A DNA stretch of 64,000 nucleotides from Micrococcales bacterium (lineage in GTDB: Bacteria; Actinomycetota; Actinomycetes; Actinomycetales; Microbacteriaceae): assembly GCA_947489135.1 (NCBI GenBank), contig CANLCU010000001.1, positions 276-64,275 on the forward strand. Direction: 5' to 3'. Shown piece by piece: positions 1 through 11,215 of this stretch (the stretch's first letter is position 1; each line of letters begins with the position of its first letter). The position numbers and the translations under genes are program-made. A model generated the notes under the pieces. That model made no database searches and was not told where the DNA came from. It was given only the letters and a program-made list of their open reading frames with translations.

Positions 1-142
1 CGGGAAGCTTGCTTCAAGATGAGATTTCCATGACTTCGGTCGAGAGGCTCGCAGTAGACTACTGCGTTGATAGGTTGGATGTGGAAGTGAGGACTAAAGA
101 CTCATGGAGCTGACCAATACTAATAAGCCAATAACTTGACAC
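1..142 (+). rRNA. rrl: 23S rRNA, 3' end (partial)
   Basis: Conserved 23S 3' motifs AAGATGAGATTTCC, GTTGATAGG, GGAGCTGACCAATACTAATA; 5S follows ~100 bp later. Exact end approximate. Confidence 0.93.
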
Positions 143-241
143 AATTTTTTTGTTCGCGTCCACTATGTGGTTCCCGAGATATGTTCGGGAATCTAAAGAT
201 CACACTTCACTGTGTGTCAACGATTCACATAACTCAATAGT

Positions 242-360
242 GTTTCGGCGGCCATAGCGAGAGGGAAACGCCCGGTTACATTCCGAACCCGGAAGCTAAG
301 ACTCTCTGCGCCGATGGTACTGCAAGGGGGACCTTGTGGGAGAGTAGGTCACCGCCGGAC
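242..360 (+). rRNA. rrf: 5S rRNA
   Basis: GTTTCGGCGGCCATAGC...CATTCCGAACCCGGAAGCTAAG...GCCGATGGTACTGC...GGGAGAGTAGG..ACCGCCGGAC; ends pair; ~119 nt. Confidence 0.97.
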
Positions 361-370
361 TTAATTTAGA

Positions 371-406
371 AAAATGGCCACCTTGGATTCAAGGTGGCCA
401 TTTTTT
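371..406 (+). terminator. Intrinsic terminator of the rRNA operon
   Basis: Perfect stem AAAATGGCCACCTTG-gatt-CAAGGTGGCCATTTT with T-run, 10 nt after 5S. Confidence 0.9.
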
Positions 407-440
407 GTTTAACAGACATGTTTTAATGTTTATAGGAGAC

Positions 441-1532
441 ATGATGAACGATAAGCCAGCACCAAAAGACCGCAGAAGCGCAGGCGGCGATGATAGACGT
501 AAACCAGCAGGAGCAGAGCTCCGAAGTGGTGGTCGTGAGTCACGCCCTGACTGGCAGACTCGTGTTGCAACTCCTAGAGATGAACATGCTGCTAAGTCTC
601 CAATGATTCCTGATGAAATCACTGATCAGGACCTGGAACTTGGTATCAGGGTTCAACTAAAGACTTTGACTGCTGAAAATGCAGAGATGACAGCAAGACA
701 CCTGGCCATGGTCAGCCTTTTGCATGACCAAGACCCAGAACTAGCTCACAAGCATGCTCTAGCAGCAGCTAAACGAGCTGGTCGTATTGCTATTGTTCGT
801 GAGACCTTAGGTGTTACTGCCTATCAGGTGGGGGACTATGGCCTTGCCATCCGTGAATTGACTACCTACAGACGTCTGTCTGGCTCTAATGACCAGCTTC
901 CAATCATGGTTGATTCAGAAAGAGGCTTGGGTAGACCTGAAAAGGCTCTAGAACTAGGTCGTTCTGTGGACAGGAAGTCACTTCCTGCCTCCGTACGGGT
1001 TAATCTAGCCATCGTGATGTCTGGAGCAAGGCTGGATTTAGGTCAAAATGACCTGGCTTTGGCTGAACTTGAGATACCTGAGCTAGATCCAACAAAAGTT
1101 TTTGAGTTTTCCACAAACCTCTTCCGTGCTTATGCAGAAACCCTTATAATTGGGAACAGAGAAAGTGAAGCAAAGAAGTGGTTCGATCTTGCAGATCGCG
1201 CAGAGCTTCACTTCCTCGGGAATAAAAACCCCGAGAACGAGGTCTTCTCAGTAATTGAGGAGATTGAGATTCCCGAGGCGTCAAAACTGGACCGTCACTC
1301 AAAATCCCAGCATGAACACGGTACCAGGGCGTCTCGGGATTCCTCATTTAAGCCAGATCGCCCAAATAGAGATGCTCCAGGTAGCTCTGGAGATAAGCCA
1401 AAGCGTCCACCATTCAATTCAGGGCCGAGAAGTAGCGGACCACCAGCTGGCGGCGGCGGACCTCGCGGTGGTGGAAAAGGATTTGGCGGTCCACCTAAGG
1501 GTAGGAGCCGAGGACCTGGTCGTGGTCGCTAA
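441..1532 (+). CDS. Conserved actinobacterial TPR-like helical protein with Gly/Arg/Pro-rich C-terminal tail
   Basis: ORF 405..1532; start moved to ATG 441 after AGGAG. Core LKTLTAENAEMTARHL...RAGRIAIVRE...ELTTYRRLSG..LPIMVDSERGLGRPEKAL resembles the protein usually found between rrn and the HAD-IIA gene. Confidence 0.8.
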   Translation: MMNDKPAPKDRRSAGGDDRRKPAGAELRSGGRESRPDWQTRVATPRDEHAAKSPMIPDEITDQDLELGIRVQLKTLTAENAEMTARHLAMVSLLHDQDPELAHKHALAAAKRAGRIAIVRETLGVTAYQVGDYGLAIRELTTYRRLSGSNDQLPIMVDSERGLGRPEKALELGRSVDRKSLPASVRVNLAIVMSGARLDLGQNDLALAELEIPELDPTKVFEFSTNLFRAYAETLIIGNRESEAKKWFDLADRAELHFLGNKNPENEVFSVIEEIEIPEASKLDRHSKSQHEHGTRASRDSSFKPDRPNRDAPGSSGDKPKRPPFNSGPRSSGPPAGGGGPRGGGKGFGGPPKGRSRGPGRGR

Positions 1533-2517
1533 TAAAATTTGGGGCGAACATGATTTGTTACTGGCAGATCTTGATGGCGTAGTTTACGAAGGCACTGTTG
1601 CAATTAAAAATGCTGTCGAAACTCTAAACACTGTTGCAGCTAATGGCATACCTGTTGGATACGTGACAAATAACTCATCAAGAAAACCTGAAACAATCGT
1701 TCAGCAACTTTTAGACCTTGGTTTGCAAGCGAAACCTGAAGACATAATCTCTTCGGGACAAACTGCAGTTGAACTTTTGCAAACAAAGTTGTCACCAGGA
1801 GCAAAAGTTTTAGTTGTTGGTGGCGATGGTTTAAGAGCAAGAGTTTTATCAGGTGGTTTTGAAATCGTTTTATCCAGTGATGACAATCCTGCTGCTGTTG
1901 TTCAAGGATTCGCTCCAGATGTTTCATGGAAAGATTTGGCAGAAGCTTCTTATTCAATTCAAAACGGAGCTATATGGGTTGCTACAAACAATGACTGGAC
2001 ATTGCCACAAGAAAAAGGTTTAGCACCAGGTAACGGAACACTAGTTGGAGCAGTGCATACTGCTGTTGGTCAACTTCCAATCGTTGCAGGAAAGCCAGAA
2101 CCAGCAATTTTTCAAACTGCACTCAATCTTTACAAGCCTGAGAGCCCTGTGTTTGTTGGTGATCGCATGGACACCGACATCCTTGGAGCTAATAGAGCGG
2201 GTATCAAGAGTGTTCTGGTTCTAACCGGTGTATCAACTCGTAAAGATGTCTTGGCTGCTAAGCCAGAAGAAAGACCGACCTACATCATCGCGAGCCTTGA
2301 CGAACTATTGGAGAAATACCAAGAGCCTAAGCAGACTAAGCGAGGCTGGAGTTGCGGTAAGGCTAGTGTTGAATTGCTAGGCGATAAAGTTTTAGTTACA
2401 GAAGGTAATCCGCAATCTATAGAAGCACTCAGAGCGGCTTGTATGGTTATTTGGAATTCAGGAAAACACATTCACTTTTTGAATGTGCAGAGTGAACTCT
2501 ACGAAAAGAAGGCATAA
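1522..2517 (+). CDS. HAD-IIA family hydrolase (NagD-like)
   Basis: Motifs DLDGVVY, VTNNSSR, GKPEP, VGDRMDTDILGA; start moved to GTG 1522 after AGGAG/GAGGA. Confidence 0.9.
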   Translation: MVANKIWGEHDLLLADLDGVVYEGTVAIKNAVETLNTVAANGIPVGYVTNNSSRKPETIVQQLLDLGLQAKPEDIISSGQTAVELLQTKLSPGAKVLVVGGDGLRARVLSGGFEIVLSSDDNPAAVVQGFAPDVSWKDLAEASYSIQNGAIWVATNNDWTLPQEKGLAPGNGTLVGAVHTAVGQLPIVAGKPEPAIFQTALNLYKPESPVFVGDRMDTDILGANRAGIKSVLVLTGVSTRKDVLAAKPEERPTYIIASLDELLEKYQEPKQTKRGWSCGKASVELLGDKVLVTEGNPQSIEALRAACMVIWNSGKHIHFLNVQSELYEKKA

Positions 2518-2661
2518 ATGAACGACAGGCTAAATGAACTCGAGACTGAGCTAGCAAGAATTGCTGAACTTAGTTTGGATGAGCAACCTCAAGCTTTTGC
2601 TGAACTAAAGGCAAAACTTGAAGCTCAACTAAACGCCGCTTCTGACGAATCCAACGAGTAA
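2518..2661 (+). CDS. Small 47-aa helical hypothetical protein (below ORF-track cutoff)
   Basis: ATG directly after upstream TAA; MNDRLNELETELARIAELSLDEQPQAFAELKAKLEAQLNAASDESNE; fills the gap to tlyA; host-like codons. Confidence 0.75.
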   Translation: MNDRLNELETELARIAELSLDEQPQAFAELKAKLEAQLNAASDESNE

Positions 2662-2665
2662 GAAG

Positions 2666-3502
2666 TTGGATCAGAATTCAACACGTCTTGACGTTGCTCT
2701 AGTTGAGCGAGGTCTAGCTAGATCTAGAAATCAAGCGTCAAGTTTGATTGAGTCTCGTCGAGTATTTATCGATGGGCGAGAGGCTAGAAAGTCTTCACAA
2801 CCTGTTCCAGAGGCAGCCGAGTTAGTTGTTCTTGAAGCCATTGACTATGTCTCAAGAGCAGGACACAAGCTTGCAGCTGCTCTTGAAGAATTCACTGACA
2901 TTGAAGTAGTTGGCAAGATCTGTTTAGACGTTGGAGCATCAACTGGTGGGTTCACCGATGTTCTCTTGCGTTATGGAGCATCAAAGGTAATTGCCTTAGA
3001 TGTTGGCCATTCACAACTCTCTGAGTCTCTGCTTGAAAACCGCATGGTCATCAACATTGAAAACTTCAATGCAAGAGATATGACCCAGGAAAACCTGCAG
3101 AAAGTCTTAGGTTCAAGACTTGATCAGAAGCTCAATGACAACACCATCTCTTTGGTGGTTGCTGACCTAAGTTTTATCTCCCTTACCCTTGTCCTAGCTC
3201 AAATGGCTCAGGTTGCACCTAAGGCAAACTTCGTCCTATTGATCAAGCCTCAGTTTGAGGTAGGGAAGAAGTCTCTTGATGCCTCAGGAATAGTCAATGA
3301 CCACAGACTTAGGGCTTCGGCTATAAGACAGGTACTCGAAGAAGCTAAGGCTCAGGGCTTGAATATCCAAGGTCTAATCAAGTCTCCATTGCCTGGAACC
3401 CACGGCAACGTTGAGTTCTTGGTCTGGCTAAATTCTGTGGAGACTGACCACAGCATCGATTGGTCTGGCAGAATTGACGAACTAGCTAAAGAACGTGCTT
3501 AA
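2666..3502 (+). CDS. tlyA: TlyA family rRNA 2'-O-methyltransferase
   Basis: S4 domain RLDVALVERGLARSR, YVSRAGHKL, LDVGASTGGFTD, DLSFISL, LIKPQFE, GNVEF. Confidence 0.96.
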   Translation: MDQNSTRLDVALVERGLARSRNQASSLIESRRVFIDGREARKSSQPVPEAAELVVLEAIDYVSRAGHKLAAALEEFTDIEVVGKICLDVGASTGGFTDVLLRYGASKVIALDVGHSQLSESLLENRMVINIENFNARDMTQENLQKVLGSRLDQKLNDNTISLVVADLSFISLTLVLAQMAQVAPKANFVLLIKPQFEVGKKSLDASGIVNDHRLRASAIRQVLEEAKAQGLNIQGLIKSPLPGTHGNVEFLVWLNSVETDHSIDWSGRIDELAKERA

Positions 3503-3523
3503 TTCAAGGAGGCGATTGGGACA

Positions 3524-4465
3524 ATGAGCGAATCTAGACACATTCTGTTAGTCGCCCATACCGGCCGACTTGAAGCAGTTACCGCTACCAAAGAAGCCGT
3601 TGAACAATTGGTTTCAGCCAAGCTCAGCCCAGTAATGACTTCAGAGCAAATCACTGAGATTCAAGAGTTTCAGACAAACAGAAACCAGCCGAGCGATTTT
3701 CTCTCACACGTCCTTGAATTAGGTGTCACTGTGCCTGAAAAGGACTTAGAACTAGTGATGGTTCTAGGTGGCGATGGAACAATCTTGAAAGCTGCTGAAG
3801 TAGTTAGAGAAACAGCGACACCTTTGATGGGTATCAACCTAGGGCACGTCGGCTTCCTAGCTGAGAGCGAAAGAGAAGGTTTCTCTAACGCGGTAGCCAG
3901 AGTTGTAGATCGTGACTACATAGTCAAAGAGAGATTGACTCTAGATGTTCGCGTCCTCGTTGATGGAAAAGAAGTTTTTAGAACTTGGGCACTAAACGAA
4001 GCAACAGTTGAAAAGAGTGCTGCTGAGCGGATGCTCGAAGTCATTGTTGAAATTGATAAGAAGCCTCTATCTAGTTTTGGTTGCGATGGAATCATCATGG
4101 CTACTCCTACTGGTTCAACAGCTTATGCATTCAGTGCTGGTGGACCAGTGGTTTGGCCTAGCGTGGATGCGATGCTGATGGTTCCACTATCAGCCCATGC
4201 TCTTTTCTCTAGACCTATGGTGATTAGCCCAAGGTCACTTCTTGCTGTTGAAGTTTTAGATCGATCAGCAGGAACTGGTGTGCTGTGGTGCGATGGACGA
4301 AGAACTCATGACCTTCCAGTTGGTGCCAGAGTTGAGGTTTCAAAATCACAAAAGTCTGTTCGACTGGCAAGACTTCGTCAAGGTCCATTCACCGACCGTC
4401 TTGTAAAGAAGTTTTCTCTTCCTGTGACTGGCTGGCGTGGCCCTGAAAACACAGAGCAAGGCTAG
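3524..4465 (+). CDS. nadK: NAD kinase
   Basis: LGGDGT, GINLGHVGFL, LNE, ATPTGSTAYAFSAGGP; tlyA-nadK-recN synteny. Confidence 0.96.
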   Translation: MSESRHILLVAHTGRLEAVTATKEAVEQLVSAKLSPVMTSEQITEIQEFQTNRNQPSDFLSHVLELGVTVPEKDLELVMVLGGDGTILKAAEVVRETATPLMGINLGHVGFLAESEREGFSNAVARVVDRDYIVKERLTLDVRVLVDGKEVFRTWALNEATVEKSAAERMLEVIVEIDKKPLSSFGCDGIIMATPTGSTAYAFSAGGPVVWPSVDAMLMVPLSAHALFSRPMVISPRSLLAVEVLDRSAGTGVLWCDGRRTHDLPVGARVEVSKSQKSVRLARLRQGPFTDRLVKKFSLPVTGWRGPENTEQG

Positions 4466-4480
4466 TCAAAGCAGCAACAA

Positions 4481-6169
4481 ATGATAGAAGACATTTTTAT
4501 TCGCGACCTCGGTGTCATAAGCGAAGCTAAACTCAACTTTCATCCAGGCCTTACTGTGCTAACCGGTGAAACCGGTGCAGGTAAAACTATGGTGCTCACA
4601 GCGCTAGGTCTTTTACTAGGTGCAAGAGCAGATTCAGGAATGATCCGAGCCGGTTCTCCTCAAGCAATTCTTGAAGGCAATTGGAAACTAAATTCAAATA
4701 ACCCTGCGATTCAGAAAGCTGAAGAAGCAGGTGCTCTTGTTGAAGACGGAGAACTTCTACTGGTTAGAACAGTTGGAAATGATTCAAGGTCTAAGGCAGT
4801 AATCGGCGGTAGATCAGCTCCAGTTGGTCTACTCAACGAATTAGCAGAGCATTTAGTAGTTGTTCATGGTCAATCAGACCAAATCAGGCTGAAATCTCCA
4901 GTTGCTCAAAGAGTTGCTCTGGATAGGTTTGCTGGAGGTAAACATCAAGAACTACTTGCTGTATACCTAGAGAGCTTCAACTCTTGGCGTTCCGCTAAAG
5001 CCCAACTGGATGAAGTTCTAAAGAGTGATTCCACTAGAGCCGCCCAAATAGAGGAACTTACTGAATCTCTTGAACTCTTGGCTAAGTTGGCAATCAAGCC
5101 AAATGAAGATGTTGAGCTAGCTGATCTAGCTAAGCGTCTAACTCATACCGAAGACCTGAGAACATCAGTTGGCTTAGCCCACGAAGCATTGCTTTCAGAT
5201 GCTTTTGATGGGGTAGATGCAGTTGGCTTAGTTGGCAAGGCACGCAAAGCAATTGAGAACGCGGCAAGCCATGATTCTTCATTAGAGCCAACTGCAGCAA
5301 AGCTGAGTGAAGTCATTGAGAACCTGAATGATGTAGCGGTTGAGTTGGCAAGCTATCTCTCATCGCTCGAATCAGAGAGCTCAATGAGCCTTGATGAAAT
5401 TCAATCTCGTAGAAGTGAAATTAGATCTGCTCTTCGCAGATTCGGCCCAACCATTGAAGATCTCCTTGAGTACGAAAAGAGCTCAAGTCACAGACTTCTA
5501 GATCTAGACAGCTCAACAGAACGTGTTGAAGAACTAACCACTAGAGTCGCTGACTTAGAGTCTCGCGCAAAGGGGTTTGCTAAAGAGATATCTGAGAGCC
5601 GAAAGATTGCAGCCAAGCAATTAGGCGAGAGGGTTACCAGTGAGTTAGTCGCTCTTGCGATGTCTGGTTCAAAACTTCATGTTGAAATTGAACCGACAGA
5701 GACCCTCTCAGCAACAGGTTTAGACAATGTGAGTTTCTTACTTGAGTCTTACGCAGGGGCTGAGCCTAGACCTATTGGTAAGGGAGCTTCTGGTGGAGAA
5801 CTCAGCAGAATCATGTTGGCTCTTGAAGTAATCCTTGCTGAATCAGATAGCGCTCCTACGTTTATCTTTGATGAGGTGGATGCTGGGGTAGGTGGTGCAG
5901 CTGCAATTGAGGTTGGCCGTCGCTTAGCTAAGTTAGCCAAGAACGCTCAGGTGATTGTGGTGACCCACTTGGCCCAGGTAGCAGCATTTGCTGACCAGCA
6001 CCTGGCGATTATCAAGACCTCGGATGCGATGTTTACCGCAAGTGATGTCTTGGTCTTGGATCAATCAGCCAAAGCAGAGGAACTAGCAAGGATGCTATCT
6101 GGATTGTCTGACTCGGAGACTGCCCAATCTGCAGCCCTTGAGCTTTTAGAGCTCGCCAAGAATTCATAA
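4481..6169 (+). CDS. recN: DNA repair protein RecN
   Basis: LTGETGAGKT Walker A, VHGQSDQ, ASGGELSRIMLA, IFDEVDAGVGG, VTHLAQVAA. Confidence 0.97.
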   Translation: MIEDIFIRDLGVISEAKLNFHPGLTVLTGETGAGKTMVLTALGLLLGARADSGMIRAGSPQAILEGNWKLNSNNPAIQKAEEAGALVEDGELLLVRTVGNDSRSKAVIGGRSAPVGLLNELAEHLVVVHGQSDQIRLKSPVAQRVALDRFAGGKHQELLAVYLESFNSWRSAKAQLDEVLKSDSTRAAQIEELTESLELLAKLAIKPNEDVELADLAKRLTHTEDLRTSVGLAHEALLSDAFDGVDAVGLVGKARKAIENAASHDSSLEPTAAKLSEVIENLNDVAVELASYLSSLESESSMSLDEIQSRRSEIRSALRRFGPTIEDLLEYEKSSSHRLLDLDSSTERVEELTTRVADLESRAKGFAKEISESRKIAAKQLGERVTSELVALAMSGSKLHVEIEPTETLSATGLDNVSFLLESYAGAEPRPIGKGASGGELSRIMLALEVILAESDSAPTFIFDEVDAGVGGAAAIEVGRRLAKLAKNAQVIVVTHLAQVAAFADQHLAIIKTSDAMFTASDVLVLDQSAKAEELARMLSGLSDSETAQSAALELLELAKNS

Positions 6170-6208
6170 TTAGAGATAACTTTTAATGCCATTCGGCATG
6201 TCTAGTAA

Positions 6209-7918
<1,710 letters not shown>

Positions 7919-7920
7919 CG

Positions 7921-8850
7921 TTGGCCAGCCTACAGAGAAGCGTTGATGGTTATCTTCGCCATCTGACCATCGAACGTGGAATGGCAAAAAACACCCTTCT
8001 TGCCTATAAGCGAGATTTGGGTAAGTATCTTGAAGCTCTTGAAAAGGTGGGCATCACTGATTCAGCAGAGATAACCGAGATAGTTGTTCGAAACTTTGCT
8101 CAAGCTCTAGTTTCTGAAAAGGGTTTAGTCGCAACATCAGTTGCAAGAATCTTGGCTGCGGTAAGAGGCTTCCATAAGTTCATGCTTTTTGAAGGCATCT
8201 CCGACAACGATGTTTCAGCTGCTGTGAAACCACCCAAAGCACCGAAAAGATTGCCTAAGGCAATCTCAATCCTAGAGATTGAAAGTCTTCTAAGAGCAGC
8301 TGGCCCTGAGCCAGATGATGTTGCTGGGGCAGGAGATATCATCCGTGTGAGAGACAGAGCCATCCTTGAGCTTCTGTATGCAACCGGGGCCAGAGTTTCT
8401 GAGATTGTGAATATGGATCTAGATAACCTAATTGATCCTGAAATTGTCAGGCTCTTCGGTAAAGGTTCAAAGGAACGAATTGTTCCAGTTGGAAAATACG
8501 CCCAAGCAGCAGTAGCTGCCTACCTTGTAAGAGTGCGGCCAACGCTTGCGACTCTGTCTCGGGGAACCCCAGCCCTGTTTCTGAACCAGCGAGGCTCCAG
8601 GCTTTCCAGGCAGAGCATCTGGCAAATAATCAGTAATGCAGCCTTGGCAGCAAAGCTCGGGGTAGAGGTCTCACCACATACTTTTAGGCACTCTTTCGCC
8701 ACACATCTCCTAGAAGGAGGAGCGGACGTTCGGGTGGTCCAAGAGCTTTTGGGCCATGCCTCAGTGACAACCACCCAGATCTACACTTTGGTGACCGTAG
8801 ACGCACTGAGAGAGATCTATGCGAGCAGCCACCCCCGAGCACAGCGGTAG
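7921..8850 (+). CDS. xerD: Tyrosine recombinase XerD
   Basis: RDRAILELLYATGARVSE, GKGSKERIVP, SPHTFRHSFATHLL, LLGHASVTTTQIY; pyrG-xerD-parA synteny. Confidence 0.95.
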   Translation: MASLQRSVDGYLRHLTIERGMAKNTLLAYKRDLGKYLEALEKVGITDSAEITEIVVRNFAQALVSEKGLVATSVARILAAVRGFHKFMLFEGISDNDVSAAVKPPKAPKRLPKAISILEIESLLRAAGPEPDDVAGAGDIIRVRDRAILELLYATGARVSEIVNMDLDNLIDPEIVRLFGKGSKERIVPVGKYAQAAVAAYLVRVRPTLATLSRGTPALFLNQRGSRLSRQSIWQIISNAALAAKLGVEVSPHTFRHSFATHLLEGGADVRVVQELLGHASVTTTQIYTLVTVDALREIYASSHPRAQR

Positions 8851-8931
8851 TATTTAGGGGTAAAGATACAGCCTTGGTTGGCTTAGAAACCAAGGACTTA
8901 CTGCTGTGAAGCCAGAGAGGAAACTAGACAA

Positions 8932-9765
8932 ATGTCAGGTAAAAACACCGACGGACGGTTTCCAGTTCCCAAGAGACTAACTAGTCACGGCCCAGCGAGA
9001 ATAATCGCTCTTTGTAATCAAAAAGGTGGCGTTGGTAAAACAACTACAACCATTAACACAGCTGCTGCTCTTGCTGAGTATGGTCGCAAAGTTCTTCTAG
9101 TTGATTTTGATCCTCAAGGTGCTCTTTCAAGAGGCCTAGGTGTTGTCAACGAAGATGTGAAGACTGTCTATGACTTGATGCTCGATAGAAGACTCAATGC
9201 CAAAGATGTAATCGTCAGCACTTCAGTTCCAGGATTAGATCTTATTCCTGCAAACATTCAACTTTCTGCTGCTGAAATCCAACTAGTAGCTGAACCTGGT
9301 CGAGAGAGAATCTTAGCTGGAGTTCTTCGACCAATACTTGGCGACTATGACGTCATCATGATTGACTGCCAACCATCACTTGGTCTTTTGACAGTTAACG
9401 CACTAACTGCAGCTCACGGTGTAATGATTCCTGTTGCCTGTGACTACTTTGCTCTTAAGGGATTAGAACTTCTAATCAATCACACGGTAGATCTGGTCAA
9501 AGAGAGATTGAATGAAGGTCTCAAGATTGATGGCATCTTGGCAACCATGTATGACTCAAGAACATTGCACTCAAGAAACATGTTGAACCAATTGTACGAA
9601 GACTATGACGAGACAGTCTTCAGAACTGTAATCAAGCACACTGTTAAGTTCAAAGATTCATCAGAGGCTGGTCGTCCTGTTACTCAGTCAGCACCTTCAT
9701 CAGAAGCAGCAGAACTTTACCGTGCATTAGCAAGAGAGATGGTTGAACGTGGCTGCGCTCCATAG
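8932..9765 (+). CDS. ParA/Soj family ATPase (scpAB-associated)
   Basis: Deviant Walker A NQKGGVGKTTT, DFDPQG, IDCQPSLGLLTVNAL. Confidence 0.93.
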   Translation: MSGKNTDGRFPVPKRLTSHGPARIIALCNQKGGVGKTTTTINTAAALAEYGRKVLLVDFDPQGALSRGLGVVNEDVKTVYDLMLDRRLNAKDVIVSTSVPGLDLIPANIQLSAAEIQLVAEPGRERILAGVLRPILGDYDVIMIDCQPSLGLLTVNALTAAHGVMIPVACDYFALKGLELLINHTVDLVKERLNEGLKIDGILATMYDSRTLHSRNMLNQLYEDYDETVFRTVIKHTVKFKDSSEAGRPVTQSAPSSEAAELYRALAREMVERGCAP

Positions 9766-10567
9766 TGAGGTAGACGAATCTAGTTCAAGCGGTTTCTCAC
9801 TAAACATAGGTAACTTTGAAGGCCCGTTTGATTTACTTCTTTCTTTAGTTTCAAAGCACCAGCTAGACCTAACCTCTATTTCTCTTAGTCAAGTAACCAA
9901 TGACTTCATCGCCTACGTAAGAACTCTTGAAGAAATTGATCAGCTTGAAGAAGCTAGCGAATTCCTAGTAGTAGCGGCAACTCTGCTAGATCTAAAGATT
10001 GCGGAACTACTGCCTAAGGGAGAGGTAGTTGACCCTGAGGATGTTGCCCTTCTTGAGGCAAGAGACCTCTTGTTTGCTCGTCTATTGCAGTACCGAGCCT
10101 TCAAGGACATCTCTGTTTGGTTCCAAACCGCAATCACCCAGGAATCAAGACGCATTTATCGTTCAGTTCGTCTTGAAGAGAGATTCAAGCAGAAACTACC
10201 TGAACTGGTATGGACTCTGACTCCTGAAGACTTTGCACGTCTTGCTGAAGAGACAATGGCACCTAGAGAAATTCCACTGGTTGGACTGACGCACTTGCAC
10301 GCATCAAGAATTTCAATTAGAGAGCAAGCAGCAGAAGTAGTGTCACTCCTTAGATCAGCTACCACACTTACTTTCCGCGAATTGATTGCCTCTGTTAGAG
10401 ATAGAGCCGTGCTTGTTGCAAGGTTCCTATCAATCCTGGAGCTTTACCGTCTAGGTGCAGTTGCCTTTGAACAAAGCGAATCTCTAGGACCACTACAGAT
10501 CACTTGGCAAGCAGATGATTTTGATGAAACACAACTATCAGCACTAGGAGCAGATTATGACTCATGA
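9749..10567 (+). CDS. scpA: Segregation and condensation protein A
   Basis: FEGPFDLLLSL, ASEFLVVAATLLDLK, RFLSILEL; start GTG 9749 or TTG 9743. Confidence 0.94.
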   Translation: MAALHSEVDESSSSGFSLNIGNFEGPFDLLLSLVSKHQLDLTSISLSQVTNDFIAYVRTLEEIDQLEEASEFLVVAATLLDLKIAELLPKGEVVDPEDVALLEARDLLFARLLQYRAFKDISVWFQTAITQESRRIYRSVRLEERFKQKLPELVWTLTPEDFARLAEETMAPREIPLVGLTHLHASRISIREQAAEVVSLLRSATTLTFRELIASVRDRAVLVARFLSILELYRLGAVAFEQSESLGPLQITWQADDFDETQLSALGADYDS

Positions 10568-11213
10568 TGAGCAACCAGAAGTAGAGATTCAGGAGAGTAC
10601 TGTGTCTGAAGACCCTCGTGAATCTCTAGCAATCAATGAGCCAATCAACCCTGAATCACTTCAAGGGGCTATCGAAGCCATCCTTATGGTTGCTGAGGTT
10701 CCTCTTTCACTAGTTCACTTAGCAACCTCTCTTGACACTCCAGTTCCAGATATCAAACAAGCAGTTCTTGCAGTTAGAGATGACTTTGATGGAGTTAACG
10801 GAACTCGTCCAAGAGGATTTGAGATTCGTGAAGTTGGTGGGGGATGGCGAGTATTCGTTCGTGAAGATTACGAATGGGCTGTTCGCGAATTCATTTCAAA
10901 CGAAAACCCAACCAAGCTTTCTCAAGCGGCTCTAGAGACACTTGCTGTTATTGCCTATCGTCAACCAATTGCTCGTGGACAGATTGCATCTATTCGTGGA
11001 GTGAACGTAGACAGTGTTGTCAGAACTCTTCTAAGTAGAGGTCTAATCACAGAACTTTTCACAGATAGTGAAACAGGGGCCATCAACTATGGAACAACCC
11101 CAACCTTCCTAGAAACTTTAGGAATCAATGCTTTGGAAGATCTTCCATTGATTAGCCCTTACCTGCCAGATGCAAACTCTGAACTAGGTTCCGACATCTC
11201 AGTTAGTAAGTAA
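10557..11213 (+). CDS. scpB: Segregation and condensation protein B
   Basis: IEAILMV, KLSQAALETLAVIAYRQPI, IRGVNVD, YGTT..FLE. Confidence 0.95.
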   Translation: MTHDEQPEVEIQESTVSEDPRESLAINEPINPESLQGAIEAILMVAEVPLSLVHLATSLDTPVPDIKQAVLAVRDDFDGVNGTRPRGFEIREVGGGWRVFVREDYEWAVREFISNENPTKLSQAALETLAVIAYRQPIARGQIASIRGVNVDSVVRTLLSRGLITELFTDSETGAINYGTTPTFLETLGINALEDLPLISPYLPDANSELGSDISVSK

Positions 11214-11215
11214 TA

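Noticed and set aside
143-241. Hairpins in the 23S-5S spacer as a separate ncRNA or tRNA
   Set aside because: Ordinary rRNA processing stems; no cloverleaf or T-loop.
1255-1521. 89-aa N-terminal extension of the HAD hydrolase overlapping the upstream gene
   Set aside because: Alternate frame of a GC-rich low-complexity tail; a better SD and GTG lie at 1522 just before motif I.
7921-8850. Tyrosine recombinase as a phage or island integrase
   Set aside because: Sequence and pyrG-xerD-parA-scpAB synteny identify housekeeping XerD; no att repeats, tRNA or cargo genes.
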